A stretch of DNA of 64,000 bases from Thermodesulfobacteriota bacterium (GCA_965198945.1 CBDAQI010000010.1:1-64000), one strand, 5' to 3'. Positions 42,742 through 53,425 are shown, counted from the stretch's first letter. The notes: a model not told the origin generated them from the letters alone. Translations and numbers: made by a program.

Positions 42742-44236
42742 CTACCCCCTCACTTTCATATCTTTCATTCCCTCAGCAAACTTGACCGCGCCAGCTTTTG
42801 TCGGCATTTCAAAAATCCCGCTTGTATTATCTCTTTTCACGGCTTCAAGCAAAGCTCCGAAAGGGTTTTCAGCGCCTTTGTAACGGTCTGCAAATGTCGC
42901 GCCGTTTTCCAGTTTCAACACCCCCTCTGGGGCAAACCGCCGCGCATATTCCGCAACCCACACATGAGGCGCGAATTATGTTTTCGCCTTTCTGAAGCGT
43001 AAGAACGCACATCTATTCCCATCTCGCAGTAGGTTGAGCAGTTTCCGCACGACATGCACTGACCGCCGTTTGTTGTGATTCTAAATTTTGAGAAAAACCG
43101 CTGGAAAATTCCGAGAACCGGCCGCCATTGGACAACCGAATCTGCACCAAACCCTTGTTCCCATAATCGGATAGAACCCGACACCGACCACCCCTGAAAA
43201 AACCGCTCCGATGAAAAACCCATACCACATTGAGAATTTCTGTGAAATTCCGCCCAGAATTCCACCGCCGGTTGCCCGAGTTGGCCCACAAAAGAAGGGT
43301 TGTGACAGTCACAAAAACCAGCACTCCGTGAACCATCCATCTCTCAACCTTCCAGGCTTTTGTTGATTTGTCGGAAAGCTGCCGCCACGGGTCTCCCAGG
43401 AGTCTCCGCAAGCCCGCCGCAGCCGCAGACCCATGAGCAATACCATCTTTTGCCGAATTTGTATGTCAAAAGCGGAGTTGCAATAAATGTCATCACAGCT
43501 CCCCAGAAAATAAAAAACACTCCCAGACCTCCGGCGGAACCGGTTATGTATGAGACCGTGCCGGGAAAAAGATAATCGTATTTGAGAGGCCAGAAGTAGC
43601 TGAAATAAAACTCCGGCTGTTGAAACAGTTTCAAAACATTGGGAATTATGAACGCGAATCCAAGTTGAAAAAACATCACTGAAACCGTGCGTATCTGCTG
43701 GTAACGGTTATGCCTGTAGCGCATTATCATTCTTACGCCGAAAACAAGAATCGCTATTGTGTAGACAAATCCGTAGAGAAACCAGTGACTGGTCTGGCCG
43801 GGTGAACCGCCCGTGAGCCAGACATGGAGTGGGAGAGACTATCTTCACCGCGCCTTCAAGCGGAGCGGGCCTCATATATACCAATATGTAGAATACGGTC
43901 ATAAAAATTCCCGCTATCCAACCGAGACTTCCGCGTGAACTCAGATCTTTGAAGTAATTTCCATTGTTTTTAATGCCCGGAGTTCCGTTCTTTATAGGCA
44001 AGGTAGAAATATCCGGCGCCTCCGACGGCGGGGAGCCCGAAAGTGAGCAGCAAGCCCGTCCACGACCCCCCGGAGCCGCTCAAAATCTGCAAAACAAGAG
44101 CCAGAATTCCCGCGCCAACCATTGACAGGCATATTTTCTCACCGATTGCGAGCCGCTCTTGCTCATAAATCACGGGCTCTTCAAAGCCCAGAGTTTCCTC
44201 GTCATAGTTATATGAGAGTGTTTTTGTGTCCATCAT
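42742..44236 (-). pseudogene. Membrane 4Fe-4S binding (polyferredoxin/NapH-like) protein split by several frameshifts
   Basis: Fragments carry GKRWYCSWVCGCGGLAET, CMSCGNCSTYCEMGIDVR, a second CxxCxxC motif and GVLKLENG. Confidence 0.8.
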
Positions 44237-45503
44237 CGCAACTGCTCTCTGAAAGTTCCCGCAATCTCTTTTTCATAAAGCGAATAAAACTCAGGGTCAA
44301 AATTTGCCTCGCTCAAATTGTCCAGCACGTAGTCAAGAGGGCGTTCTTCCTCTATCCATTTTTCACACACCTTGTGGCGGTAGCGAAGCCCCATAACATT
44401 TACACCTATGGCGGCGCCGTCTCTGTGGACAATCCTGAGCGCCGCGAGCCCGTCGGGTCTTTCCCAGTAAAGGTTTTTTTTCTCCTTCAATTTTGAGATT
44501 GACCTGTCCGTAGGTCTGATATTCAAGATCAAGAAATTTGGCGGAATTAAACCAGGTGGCGGGCTCATAGTGCGTCTCAATCCCACACACAGCTTCTGCG
44601 GCCGCTTTGCCTTGAGCTTTTCCCGTATACCAGACCTGTTGAAGCAGGTTGCGCTCCTGCCCGGTTATGATTTCCGCACAGTCTCCGGCGCAGTATATGT
44701 TTTCGGTGTCAGTTTTGAATCCCCTGTCCACCAGTATTCCCCTTCCGGTCTTTATTCCCGCACCGTCCGCAAGAACTTTATTCGGAGTCACGCCCGCGGT
44801 CAGACCCACAAATCCGCACTCTATTCTCTGACCGTCTTTTGTAACAACCACCCCCCACCCTTCCGCATCCGTTTTCAGTAATCTCGGCGAGTTCTGTGTT
44901 CAGGCAAAGATTAATCCCTTCTTTGACTATCACGCGGTTAACCATTGCCGATTCTTCATCCGGCAGTATACGGTTCCAATACGAACTTTCGCGCACAAGA
45001 AAAGTTACATGAACACCGCGCGAGTGAAGCATTTCGGCAAGTTCAATCCCTATAAGTCCCCCGCCCGTTATTACCGCGTGTTTGAGGTCTTTTGAGTTTT
45101 TATAAAGTTCCCGCAGATCCATAAGGTCGTAAAGCCCCTGAACGCCTTTCAAGTCCTGCCCGGGCCAGCCGAATTTGTTCGGTTTGCTTCCCACCGCAAG
45201 CAGAAGCTTGTCAAAACTTACGGGTTGTTTTTTGTGAAGCAGCAGGCGGCTGTTTTTTGTGTCAATCTCCGTCACCCATCCGCGCAGAAGGTCAATGCGC
45301 TTTTGCCTCCAGAAACTGTCTTCATATGGCTTTGTATCCCGGTAGCTCATATGTCCCATGTAGATATACATGAGAGCCGGACGCGAATAGTGAAAATCCG
45401 ATTCACCGGAAATCATAACAATTTCCCAGTCAGGCTTGAGCTCTCTTATTCTCAAAGCCGCCGAAACACCGGTTATGCCGTTTCCGATAATTGCGATTTT
45501 CAT
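44233..45503 (-). pseudogene. FAD/NAD(P)-dependent oxidoreductase (ferredoxin-reductase-like) with two frameshifts
   Basis: MKIAIIGNGITG, GGGLIGIELAE, GVTPN, IYCAGDCA, WFNSAKF; breaks at the C-rich run ~44849-44860 and the T run ~44475-44482. Confidence 0.82.
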
Positions 45504-45769
45504 TTTTTTCTTACGACAAATATAAACTCTTTTGTCATTTTTTATATGAAGCTGCGGGACATTTATACGGCCGCTCTTCAATTAAAGTCCCATTCAATAT
45601 TTCAAATTCACGCTTTGACCCGGAGTTTTATAAACGAAGCTGATTCATTCAAACAGTGAACGGCTACAGACTGTCAAAAGAGAGAGGCAGGCTTCCGGGT
45701 TTCCGTCTCTGTTTTAACCCGCCGGTCTTTGTTTAATAATTCCCGACTTCGCCGCGAATTCTTCCGGAG

Positions 45770-47113
45770 TCATTTCTTTCTTTTCTTTGGTTTGGCCGCT
45801 TTCCGCTTGTTGGCCAGAAAAGCCTTCAAATGCACATCCGAGTAAGACCCTTTGGGGTAGTATTTGTCATAAAATTCAGGGTCTATGTTCATCGCCTGAA
45901 AAACAAGCCGCATATACATCGGGTCAACAAACGCCGGGAATCTTCCGTATCTGTCATAAATGTAGTTCGCCACATCGCGGACAATTTGTATGGTCGTTTC
46001 GGTGGGCTTTGGCGCCTGCATGAGGTGTTTGTCGGGCTCGGTGTAGGGGAACGGCTTGTCGCTTTTCCAAGCCGACTCCTTGTGCTCCAGAAAAGCGTCA
46101 ATGGCCTCATCCATGTTTTTGTAATAGGGCGGGCAGTAGCCTTCAAAAACCCCATCTTTGCCGACCGGAATTGTGTTCGGCGGATTGATGGAACCGCGTT
46201 TCGGCTGGATGAATCTGAATCCGAGGCCTTTGAACAGATTCGGAGCCGCTCCGAGAGCGAAACGGGGCACAAGCCCGGTAAAAGTCCATCCGGCGAGTCC
46301 GAGAGCCTGTAATGCAAGGCTCATGTTCTGGCATATAAAGGCCTGCTCAACGTTGAGACCGGTGAGAATTCTCACCTCAAGGTCAAACAGCGAGAGTTTC
46401 ACCTCGCCCTTGATTCTTCCCTTCTTTATCCATTTGTTGAGACCGGCGGGCTTTCCGGTCAGATCGTCCGTGATGGAAAACCCGTAGCTGCTGCTACAGT
46501 AGAGAAGCAGAAGGTTCAGATATTCCTCCGTAACGTCGGTTACGGGTATAAAGACCGAGGTTCCGGGTTTGTTTGTGTTCCACTGGTTGAAGTCAAAAAG
46601 TCCGGGCATTTTGTCGGGCAGGTCGGCTCTTTTCTTTTCAAGCCTGACAATGCTTTTTCTGTAAAGCTCAAGCATGCGGTCAATGCGTTTCTGCCTTCCC
46701 ATTTTGAAGAACATGTCCAGTTCACCCGGTTCGGGCAGCATATGTTTCACATCAACATGGTAAAGCCCTTTGTCATTTGTGAAGAAAAGCTCCGTGCCGT
46801 GATTGTTACATGCAGACGGCCATGTTCTGCCCGTCCACTGACACAGAAGGTCAATTCCGTTTTCAGGCGGCAGGTCTGCGAGGCACAGCCCGGTCAACCC
46901 CGTTCCCGACCACACAAGAAGAGCCTCTTCAAGCTCTTCAAGCGTCACGGGTTTGTATGCGGATTTGAACCCGAGTGTGCTTGTTTCCGGCAGTTCCATT
47001 CCGAGCCCGAACCTGCGAGACCTCCGGTTGAATATGGAATCAAACAGAGGATATTTGAGCGCATCTTCGTAACGTTTGCTTAGTCTTTTGGTTGTTGTTT
47101 TTCTTACGGCCAT
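45770..47113 (-). CDS. Conserved hypothetical protein, possibly nitroreductase-like fold
   Basis: 447-aa ORF; IFNRRSRRF, WPSACN and QNMSLALQALGLAGW resemble nitroreductase motifs. Confidence 0.6.
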   Translation of the reverse strand: MAVRKTTTKRLSKRYEDALKYPLFDSIFNRRSRRFGLGMELPETSTLGFKSAYKPVTLEELEEALLVWSGTGLTGLCLADLPPENGIDLLCQWTGRTWPSACNNHGTELFFTNDKGLYHVDVKHMLPEPGELDMFFKMGRQKRIDRMLELYRKSIVRLEKKRADLPDKMPGLFDFNQWNTNKPGTSVFIPVTDVTEEYLNLLLLYCSSSYGFSITDDLTGKPAGLNKWIKKGRIKGEVKLSLFDLEVRILTGLNVEQAFICQNMSLALQALGLAGWTFTGLVPRFALGAAPNLFKGLGFRFIQPKRGSINPPNTIPVGKDGVFEGYCPPYYKNMDEAIDAFLEHKESAWKSDKPFPYTEPDKHLMQAPKPTETTIQIVRDVANYIYDRYGRFPAFVDPMYMRLVFQAMNIDPEFYDKYYPKGSYSDVHLKAFLANKRKAAKPKKRKK

Positions 47114-47191
47114 TTTTCTCTCCGGTGTTTTTTGATGAGTCTAAACCAAAATAATAACACAATAAGAGGCTTGAAATTCCACCACTATTTT

Positions 47192-48109
47192 TTACAAACC
47201 CGTTTTTTTTATCACTTCCATAACTTTTTTGTAAACCCCTCTCCCTGCGGCAACCACCCCCCTGTTTCTCTCAAGCGTCCGACCCGTTGAAAAATCAAGC
47301 GGGCACCCGTCAAAATCAGACACCTCCCCGCCCCCCTCACAGACAATCGCCGCTCCCGCCGCGTGGTCCCACACATTCTCCTTGCGTCCGTCGGAATTGG
47401 GAACGCGAATGAAAACGTCCGCCTTCCCGCCCGCCACCAGAACGTATTTGCACTGGCTGTCCATTCTGACCGTTTCAGTTTGCCCGCCCAGGCCACACAT
47501 AACTTTTGCCGAAGCCGTATATGCCTCGCACGTTCCCCGGGCCGTTTCGCACAAAGTGATTTTTCCTCCACTTTTTTCCGGGGCGCGGATGCGTTTTTTC
47601 TCCGAGCCGTCAATCCGGGTTTTATAAACACCCTGCCCGCGGCATCCAAGCATTATGAATCCGAGTCCGGGACATCCGAGAAGTCCGAGCACGGGAGCCC
47701 CCTCTTCAATCAGGGCGACCGCGACCGCAAACTGGCCTCCGCTGACAAAACCCGCCGTTCCGTCAATCGGGTCAACAGCCCAGAAACGGTCTGCTTCCGC
47801 CTCCGTTGTAACCGCCTCAAAAACGCTTGTGTCCACAGAAGGTGTGAGCTTCAGTATGCCGGCGAGAATGTCCTCTCCCCGCTCTCCGCCGAGAAATTCG
47901 GGCTTTTCCTCAGCAACAATACAGTCTCCGGGAAAACCTTCCTTTATGGATTTTGTAAGAACAAACTGCGCCGCGTAGTCCGCCGCGGTTACCGGCGAAC
48001 CATCCGGTTTTTGCGCGGGGCTGAAATCTGTTTTCCGCGCAGCCACGCAGACCGCGCACGCTTGCACAACCGCTTTGAGAGCCATATCCGTTTCCTTTTC
48101 AAAATTCAT
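47192..48109 (-). CDS. 3'(2'),5'-bisphosphate nucleotidase, HAL2/SAL1-like
   Basis: SPVTAADY, VDPIDGT, MDSQCKY, ENVWDHAAG. Confidence 0.88.
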   Translation of the reverse strand: MNFEKETDMALKAVVQACAVCVAARKTDFSPAQKPDGSPVTAADYAAQFVLTKSIKEGFPGDCIVAEEKPEFLGGERGEDILAGILKLTPSVDTSVFEAVTTEAEADRFWAVDPIDGTAGFVSGGQFAVAVALIEEGAPVLGLLGCPGLGFIMLGCRGQGVYKTRIDGSEKKRIRAPEKSGGKITLCETARGTCEAYTASAKVMCGLGGQTETVRMDSQCKYVLVAGGKADVFIRVPNSDGRKENVWDHAAGAAIVCEGGGEVSDFDGCPLDFSTGRTLERNRGVVAAGRGVYKKVMEVIKKTGL

Positions 48110-49464
48110 GTTTTTGTCCGCATGTTTTCAAACACTATCATTATCCACACCGGAACAAACTCAACCCAGACAATCACTTCCCGCAGAGCGCTTTGCCCGG
48201 AAAGCCCGTATTGGGCGTAGTAAAGCGGAAGAAAAGCCGTCAGGGAGAGAAGAGACCACATTGCCCCGCTTTTTCTCAGAGCCAAAAACGGAACCACCCA
48301 GCAGTAATACCAGGGAAACTGGGTCGGAACGATGAGGAATAAAAGGGCGGACACAAAAAGGCACCTGCCAACCAAGTCTCCGCTTTCCCATCTTTTTGAG
48401 AAGAAAGCATATCCCGCCCCGCACACGGCCATAAAAGCGGTCGCCACCCTCGCCGTAAACTGGCCGTGTCCGATATGGAATCCAAACATCTCCGCAACGG
48501 TTTCAGAGACAAAAAGCGTTATTCTGAAAAATGAGCTGTTGTTTTCCCAGCTCTGCGCGTAAGCCGTGAGTCCTGAGTTTTCAACCGAAGACGAAGCAAT
48601 CAGGGGCAGAAGCATGACGGCTGAAAGCGGGACGAAGACCGCGAACAGAGAGAGCATTTTTTTCATGTCTTCTCTCCAAATCCGCGCAAGCGGAACAATT
48701 AACAGCGCCGTCCAGATTTTTATGGAAACTGAGAGCGACAGAAAAAAAGAGGCGGCAAATCCGCGCCTGTTTTCCGCCGCGAGAACAGCCGCGAGTAGAA
48801 ACGGAAACAGGAGCGCTTCAAGATGGCACGAAAAGAAAATTGTGAAAACCACAAGCGGATTCCACCAGTAAATCATGGTATTCGCTCTGCCCCGGACAAG
48901 CCGTCTCAAAATAAACAGTGTCGCCGTGTCCGCCGCAAGCAGAAGCACACGCCAGGCGGTGACGCTCCATTCGGAGACAAGGTGTGAAACCGCAAAAAAC
49001 GCCTGTGTCGCGGGAGGGTATATTGTTGTCAGATGCGGATGATTGATGCGGCCGGCAATGCCGCCTGACTCCCCGGCAAGCGATTTCAGAAAATCTCCGG
49101 CGTTTCCGGTGACAACTTCGGAGGGTGAGAAAAGATAAGGGTTTGCGCCGCTTGCGGTGACGGCGCCGTCCCACAAATACCGGAAATAGTCGTCTTCAAG
49201 TACCGGATGCGAAACCAGCCCCGCCGCTCTCATTAAAAGCCCTATTGCAAAAACGGCGGAAAACGATATTTCTCCGCCGCTTTTTTCTCCGGTGCGGATT
49301 GCCACCAGGTATAAAACCGCCGCCATACAGAGAAGCACAACAACAAAAGCCACTGGCATTTCGGCGGTTTTTTCAGGGAAGGCGGAAAATCTTCCGGAAA
49401 TTCCGGTGATTATCCAAAGCGCGGCGGCGGCGCCCGCTCCGAGCATTGTGGATGTGTTTCTCAT
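48106..49464 (-). CDS. GT-C membrane glycosyltransferase (GT87-like)
   Basis: LEDDYFRYLWDG, GANPY, INHP..TIYPP, WWNPL, PWY; many TM segments. Confidence 0.82.
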   Translation of the reverse strand: MRNTSTMLGAGAAAALWIITGISGRFSAFPEKTAEMPVAFVVVLLCMAAVLYLVAIRTGEKSGGEISFSAVFAIGLLMRAAGLVSHPVLEDDYFRYLWDGAVTASGANPYLFSPSEVVTGNAGDFLKSLAGESGGIAGRINHPHLTTIYPPATQAFFAVSHLVSEWSVTAWRVLLLAADTATLFILRRLVRGRANTMIYWWNPLVVFTIFFSCHLEALLFPFLLAAVLAAENRRGFAASFFLSLSVSIKIWTALLIVPLARIWREDMKKMLSLFAVFVPLSAVMLLPLIASSSVENSGLTAYAQSWENNSSFFRITLFVSETVAEMFGFHIGHGQFTARVATAFMAVCGAGYAFFSKRWESGDLVGRCLFVSALLFLIVPTQFPWYYCWVVPFLALRKSGAMWSLLSLTAFLPLYYAQYGLSGQSALREVIVWVEFVPVWIMIVFENMRTKT

Positions 49465-49532
49465 TTCTTTCCTGTTTCCCGATCAGGATAACAGATTGAA
49501 AAAAGGGCGAAGCGGTGTAGTTTTCTTCTCCA

Positions 49533-50075
49533 ATGACTTTGAAAAAAGAAAAAGAGGCTCTGCGCCGCATATTGGTTGACCAGTCAGTGCGATACGGGGA
49601 TTTCAAACTTGCCTCCGGCGCCAAGAGCGGCTTTTACATAGATGCAAGAAAAACAACCCTTCATCCCGAAGGAGCCCGTTTTGCGGCGGCAATTTTTCTT
49701 GAGGAGTTTTTCAAAGACAAAAATGCAAATGCCATAGGGGGCCCAACGCTCGGAGCCGACCCGATTGTGGGAGCCATGCTCGCACTTTGTCAGCCCACCG
49801 GTGTTCACGGTTTTATAGTTCGTAAAGAGGAGAAAAAGCACGGCGCACAGAAACTGATTGAGGGAAATTTGCGCGAAGGCGACCGCGCCGTGATGGTTGA
49901 GGACGTTGTTACCACGGGCGGCTCGGTTATGCGCGCCGTTGAGGCGGTCAGGGGCGCCGGAGCGGATGTCTCAAAGGTTATGGCGGTTGTCAGCAGAGCC
50001 GAATCGGACAAGGTTTTTACTGATAAGGGAATTGAGTTTTTCAGCATATTTGATGTGAGTGAGATAGTGGGGTGA
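49533..50075 (+). CDS. pyrE: Orotate phosphoribosyltransferase
   Basis: FKLASG..SGFYID, RKEEKKHG, VEDVVTTGGS. Confidence 0.96.
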   Translation: MTLKKEKEALRRILVDQSVRYGDFKLASGAKSGFYIDARKTTLHPEGARFAAAIFLEEFFKDKNANAIGGPTLGADPIVGAMLALCQPTGVHGFIVRKEEKKHGAQKLIEGNLREGDRAVMVEDVVTTGGSVMRAVEAVRGAGADVSKVMAVVSRAESDKVFTDKGIEFFSIFDVSEIVG

Positions 50076-50308
50076 AGCGGGGTTTACAATTTTCCCGACT
50101 TTGACTTCAACGGGGACGATGTTTTCCGCAAGATTTTCTTCTTGAAACAAACCAAGAATGCCTTGTGGATTTCCAATTCCGATACCAACCAAATTAGAAA
50201 GTCCGATTTCTCCGCCAACTGTCTACCCATCAATTTTGCCCGAAAATTCAAAACTCTTTCTCAAGGTAATTTATCAGCGACTGAAAAGCCAAAAAAGGAT
50301 ACTTTAGA

Positions 50309-50352
50309 AAAAAAGCGGAGGGGCGGTTTCCCGCTTTCCTCCGCTTTTTTAC
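50309..50352 (-). terminator. Intrinsic terminator downstream of the OMP gene (could act bidirectionally)
   Basis: aaaaagcggagg...cctccgcttttt hairpin with A/T runs on both sides. Confidence 0.8.
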
Positions 50353-50370
50353 TCTTTTGGTTTTTTGTTG

Positions 50371-52053
50371 TTACTGAAAGAAGTAGGTAAAAGCCACACC
50401 CGCTCTGATACCCCAAATGGAGTCAACATCACTTGGTTTCGCAATCGCATAGTGGAACCTGACATCCCCTCCTATGTTCATGTTGTCTCGGAAGGGATAA
50501 TGGAGTCCCGCTTTGACAAGAATGGGCCAGCTTGTCCCGCCGTTCACCTTGTCGCCAAGGTCGTAGAACATAATGCCCGTTCCCACTCCGAGATTTCCGG
50601 TTACCGTCTCAGACTTGAAGTTCGCAACGGCGTAAACAGGAACCGTCACATGAAACAGTGTCGGACTTTTGTCCAGATTGCTAACCTGAACCGCTCCCGT
50701 GGGAGTTGCAGTGGAGCCCGGGAAAAGATTTGTCACAATCTGCCGGGCTGGCAAATCTCTGTTTGCCGCATTTGCGCTTGTCACTGCCGCCGCCGCATTT
50801 GACGCAAAAACGGGTGCCGCCGCATTTACATGGTCCGCCGCCGTTGCGCTTACCCGTGTCGCTTCAACAAAAGAGACTAAAGCAGGGCCCGCAGTATCTA
50901 ATTGATTTTGTTGTGGTGTATTTTCTATGGATTGGGTTGCTGTGTTTGCCATAACGGCTCTAATATGTGCGTTATTGGTCGCCGCGGCTGCGTTAATGCC
51001 TATGGATTCAATTGATGTGCCCGCGAGTAAACTGTTAAGACTTTGCGCAAAATCTTCGGCTGCGGATGCATTGCCGGTTGCTGATACTGTTTGTACCTTT
51101 ACCGAGCCTACCACGCTTTGTTGGTCCGACCCTGTTACAAGCGTTTCGAAAGCAGCATTGGCGCCAATAACCCCCCCAGAAGGTCTTTCAAGCAAAACCT
51201 GCGCTGTGTTGACCGCCCCTACTAACTGAACAGCAATACCGACTGCGTTCTGAGCCGAGGTATTTGTTCTGATTGCCTCCTGTTCTGCGGCTATTACCGT
51301 TTCCTTTGCCGCCGTATCAACAAGAGCTGCGAAAGTCAACTGTTCATTAACAGTCAGACCCCCGGCTTCCGCCGAGCGTAATTGACTGAGATATGCAACC
51401 AAAAACTGTTGAGCAAAAGTGGCTTTTCTTGCGTCATTTTCAAGATCGTCCAGAGCAGTTCTGATAGCATCCGGTGCAGTGGCTTGATCTATTGCAACCG
51501 CACCAGTTTGACCTTCTCTGGCAATATCATATGCCGCAATAACCGCATCCCTAATTCTTTTCTCCTCAGTGTTTTCTGCGGGATTTGCCGCCAGTTTTGC
51601 ATCTGTAAACAGGTTCAAAGAGGTGTCTTCATCTTGACTGCTTACCTGCGTGTAGTTAAGACTGGCCGCTAAGACTTGCGCCTCAATGTCGTTTTCAAGC
51701 TGTGTTTTGGGGTTGCCCTTGACCTTAACATCTGAACTCAGACTTACCATTAATCCGGGCTCAATCTCAATCCCAAGTTCCAGATTGGATGTCCGGTCAA
51801 AATAATATCCCGCCTTCGGCGCTATGTAGATTCCGTGCTCGGTAACCTCGCCTTTGAGGTTTTTAACTGGACTCGTTGCCGCTCCGACATTTACCGTTGC
51901 CTTTCCCGGCAACTTCTTCAAATCCGCAGACTGATAGTAGTAACCGCCCGTTATGCCGAAACGCAGTTTCGTATCTCCCAATGTGTGCTCATCAGCTCTT
52001 GCGGCAGAACCCGCAAAAGTGAGCAACAGAAAAAATAATAAAACCCTTATCAT
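50371..52053 (-). CDS. Outer-membrane beta-barrel protein with a ~340-aa Ala-rich insertion
   Basis: Signal peptide, about three amphipathic strands, large helical insert, about five C-terminal strands ending TYFFQ. Confidence 0.78.
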   Translation of the reverse strand: MIRVLLFFLLLTFAGSAARADEHTLGDTKLRFGITGGYYYQSADLKKLPGKATVNVGAATSPVKNLKGEVTEHGIYIAPKAGYYFDRTSNLELGIEIEPGLMVSLSSDVKVKGNPKTQLENDIEAQVLAASLNYTQVSSQDEDTSLNLFTDAKLAANPAENTEEKRIRDAVIAAYDIAREGQTGAVAIDQATAPDAIRTALDDLENDARKATFAQQFLVAYLSQLRSAEAGGLTVNEQLTFAALVDTAAKETVIAAEQEAIRTNTSAQNAVGIAVQLVGAVNTAQVLLERPSGGVIGANAAFETLVTGSDQQSVVGSVKVQTVSATGNASAAEDFAQSLNSLLAGTSIESIGINAAAATNNAHIRAVMANTATQSIENTPQQNQLDTAGPALVSFVEATRVSATAADHVNAAAPVFASNAAAAVTSANAANRDLPARQIVTNLFPGSTATPTGAVQVSNLDKSPTLFHVTVPVYAVANFKSETVTGNLGVGTGIMFYDLGDKVNGGTSWPILVKAGLHYPFRDNMNIGGDVRFHYAIAKPSDVDSIWGIRAGVAFTYFFQ

Positions 52054-52174
52054 CCTTCACACCCTCCTAAAATTCTTCAAAAGTCACATCGAACTTTTTT
52101 ATTATAGCCTGATATGCGTTGAAAATTCAAGCCCCTTTTTAGGGGCTTATAACATTTGCTTGCTGCCAATTTAA

Positions 52175-52473
52175 CTGGAGCCCCGCCTGTCGGGTCTCTG
52201 ACAAATACAACACTCTGTTTATAGAGAAACTTATAGAGAAACACTCAGGCTTCTTCAACTCTGGTTGAATTGGTAGCAAGGCCCGGCGCCCACGCGCTGG
52301 CAGAGGATAAAATAAGCCAATTGGGAGATAGTGAGGTGAAATTTGAAATTTACACCACCCCTCCGCCGCCAAAAGATGAAGACGGCATGATGTTTTGATT
52401 GAGCGCCCAGCACCTCTAACGAACCACACACCTTGTTCATTATCAGTAAACACTGTCGGGGACTTTTTTTACT
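52175..52473 (+). ncRNA. Putative structured RNA inside the IS1595 right end (copy 1)
   Basis: Conserved blocks shared with 63303-63537(-), substitutions compatible with pairing, terminal stem followed by a U run. Confidence 0.5.
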
Positions 52474-52552
52474 TTGCAATGTAAAAAAAGAGCCTATAAT
52501 CATCTTGCTTTTTAATGGTTAGTAAGAATGCCAACAAAAGGGGAAACAAGCC

Positions 52553-52843
52553 ATGAAAGAAAATAAAGCAGAGCAACTTAATTTGTTTGAAATCAAGGGC
52601 AAGGAAATAAATCCCATTGTATCCACCCTTGAAGAGTTGATAGAGGGCAGGAAATCGCACGCCTTATCTACTTTTGACAGTATTATCAGTGCGTTTGATA
52701 CCTTCCGCATTTACCCTTCAAGTCATAAAAAATCAGATATTGCTAAAACTCCCGCCGAAGGGTTGGCTTCCGATTGGAACAATGTTTTTACAGACTTAAG
52801 TATTGCGTTTGGGAACGAAACCTGTCGGGTTGACATTGACTAA
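52553..52843 (+). CDS. Hypothetical passenger protein
   Basis: AT-rich ORF with GLASDWNNVFTDL, overlapping the next gene. Confidence 0.55.
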   Translation: MKENKAEQLNLFEIKGKEINPIVSTLEELIEGRKSHALSTFDSIISAFDTFRIYPSSHKKSDIAKTPAEGLASDWNNVFTDLSIAFGNETCRVDID

Positions 52844-53270
52844 AAAGCCGCCAGTAAACACTTCTCATTTACCAAACCAACCTGCCTCAGGGCAAGGTGA
52901 ATTAACTCCTCTGCAAGTTGAATTACGAACTGAGCAGTTGTTTTCTGGGCCATTGCCGCCTCCCGTAGTGCTTCAAGATTATGAAAAAATTCAAAAAGGA
53001 TTTGCGGAACGTGTTATCGCAATGGCCGAAAAAGAACAAAACAACAGGCATACTATAGAAAAAGATAGGCTGGACAATGATTTCGTTGTAGAGAAAAAAG
53101 GGCAACAGTTTGCTTTTTGGATTTGTATTGTGTTAATAGGAGGCGGTGTCGGTCTCGTTGCACTCGGCTACGCTATAGCTGGGGCAGTGCTTGGCACAAC
53201 CACACTTGGTAGTCTGGCATACACTTTTATTGCGGGACGCCGTTCCAAAGACAATGCCAAAAACAAGTAA
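52803..53270 (+). CDS. DUF2335-like membrane protein (passenger)
   Basis: FSGPLPPP...YEKIQKGFAERVIAMAEKEQNNRH plus two TM helices; true start may be slightly downstream. Confidence 0.85.
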   Translation: MRLGTKPVGLTLTKKPPVNTSHLPNQPASGQGELTPLQVELRTEQLFSGPLPPPVVLQDYEKIQKGFAERVIAMAEKEQNNRHTIEKDRLDNDFVVEKKGQQFAFWICIVLIGGGVGLVALGYAIAGAVLGTTTLGSLAYTFIAGRRSKDNAKNK

Positions 53271-53275
53271 TATGT

Positions 53276-53425
53276 CTACTTATTTCTGCGCTTTTTGCTT
53301 TTCCTGTTTGCAGATTTGTCGGAGTTTGCTGAATCGGTTTTCTTTTTAGGGGACTTCACAATCGCCTTTCCTACATCTTCAATAGATGCATTTATCGGTT
53401 CAATGAGCCTTGGTTTACGAGGCAC
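53276..53425 (-). CDS. 49-aa basic ORF directly after the IS1595 transposase
   Basis: MPRKPRLIEPINASIEDVGKAIV...; homologous DNA (LIEPINATLEDVAKAV) follows the second IS copy at ~62870-62920. Confidence 0.5.
   Translation of the reverse strand: MPRKPRLIEPINASIEDVGKAIVKSPKKKTDSANSDKSANRKSKKRRNK

Noticed and set aside
52142..52300. tmRNA, hammerhead ribozyme, c4 antisense RNA or group I intron identity for the conserved segment
   Set aside because: GGGGCT is followed by IS-end sequence rather than a tmRNA stem; there is no CUGANGA core or P7 motif; the c4 resemblance is only a few bases. An Rfam scan is still needed.
52139..52503. Minus-strand ORFs 52139-52453 and 52255-52503, and 63336-63560
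   Set aside because: DNA blocks are shared between the two loci but no protein is conserved, which favours non-coding constraint.
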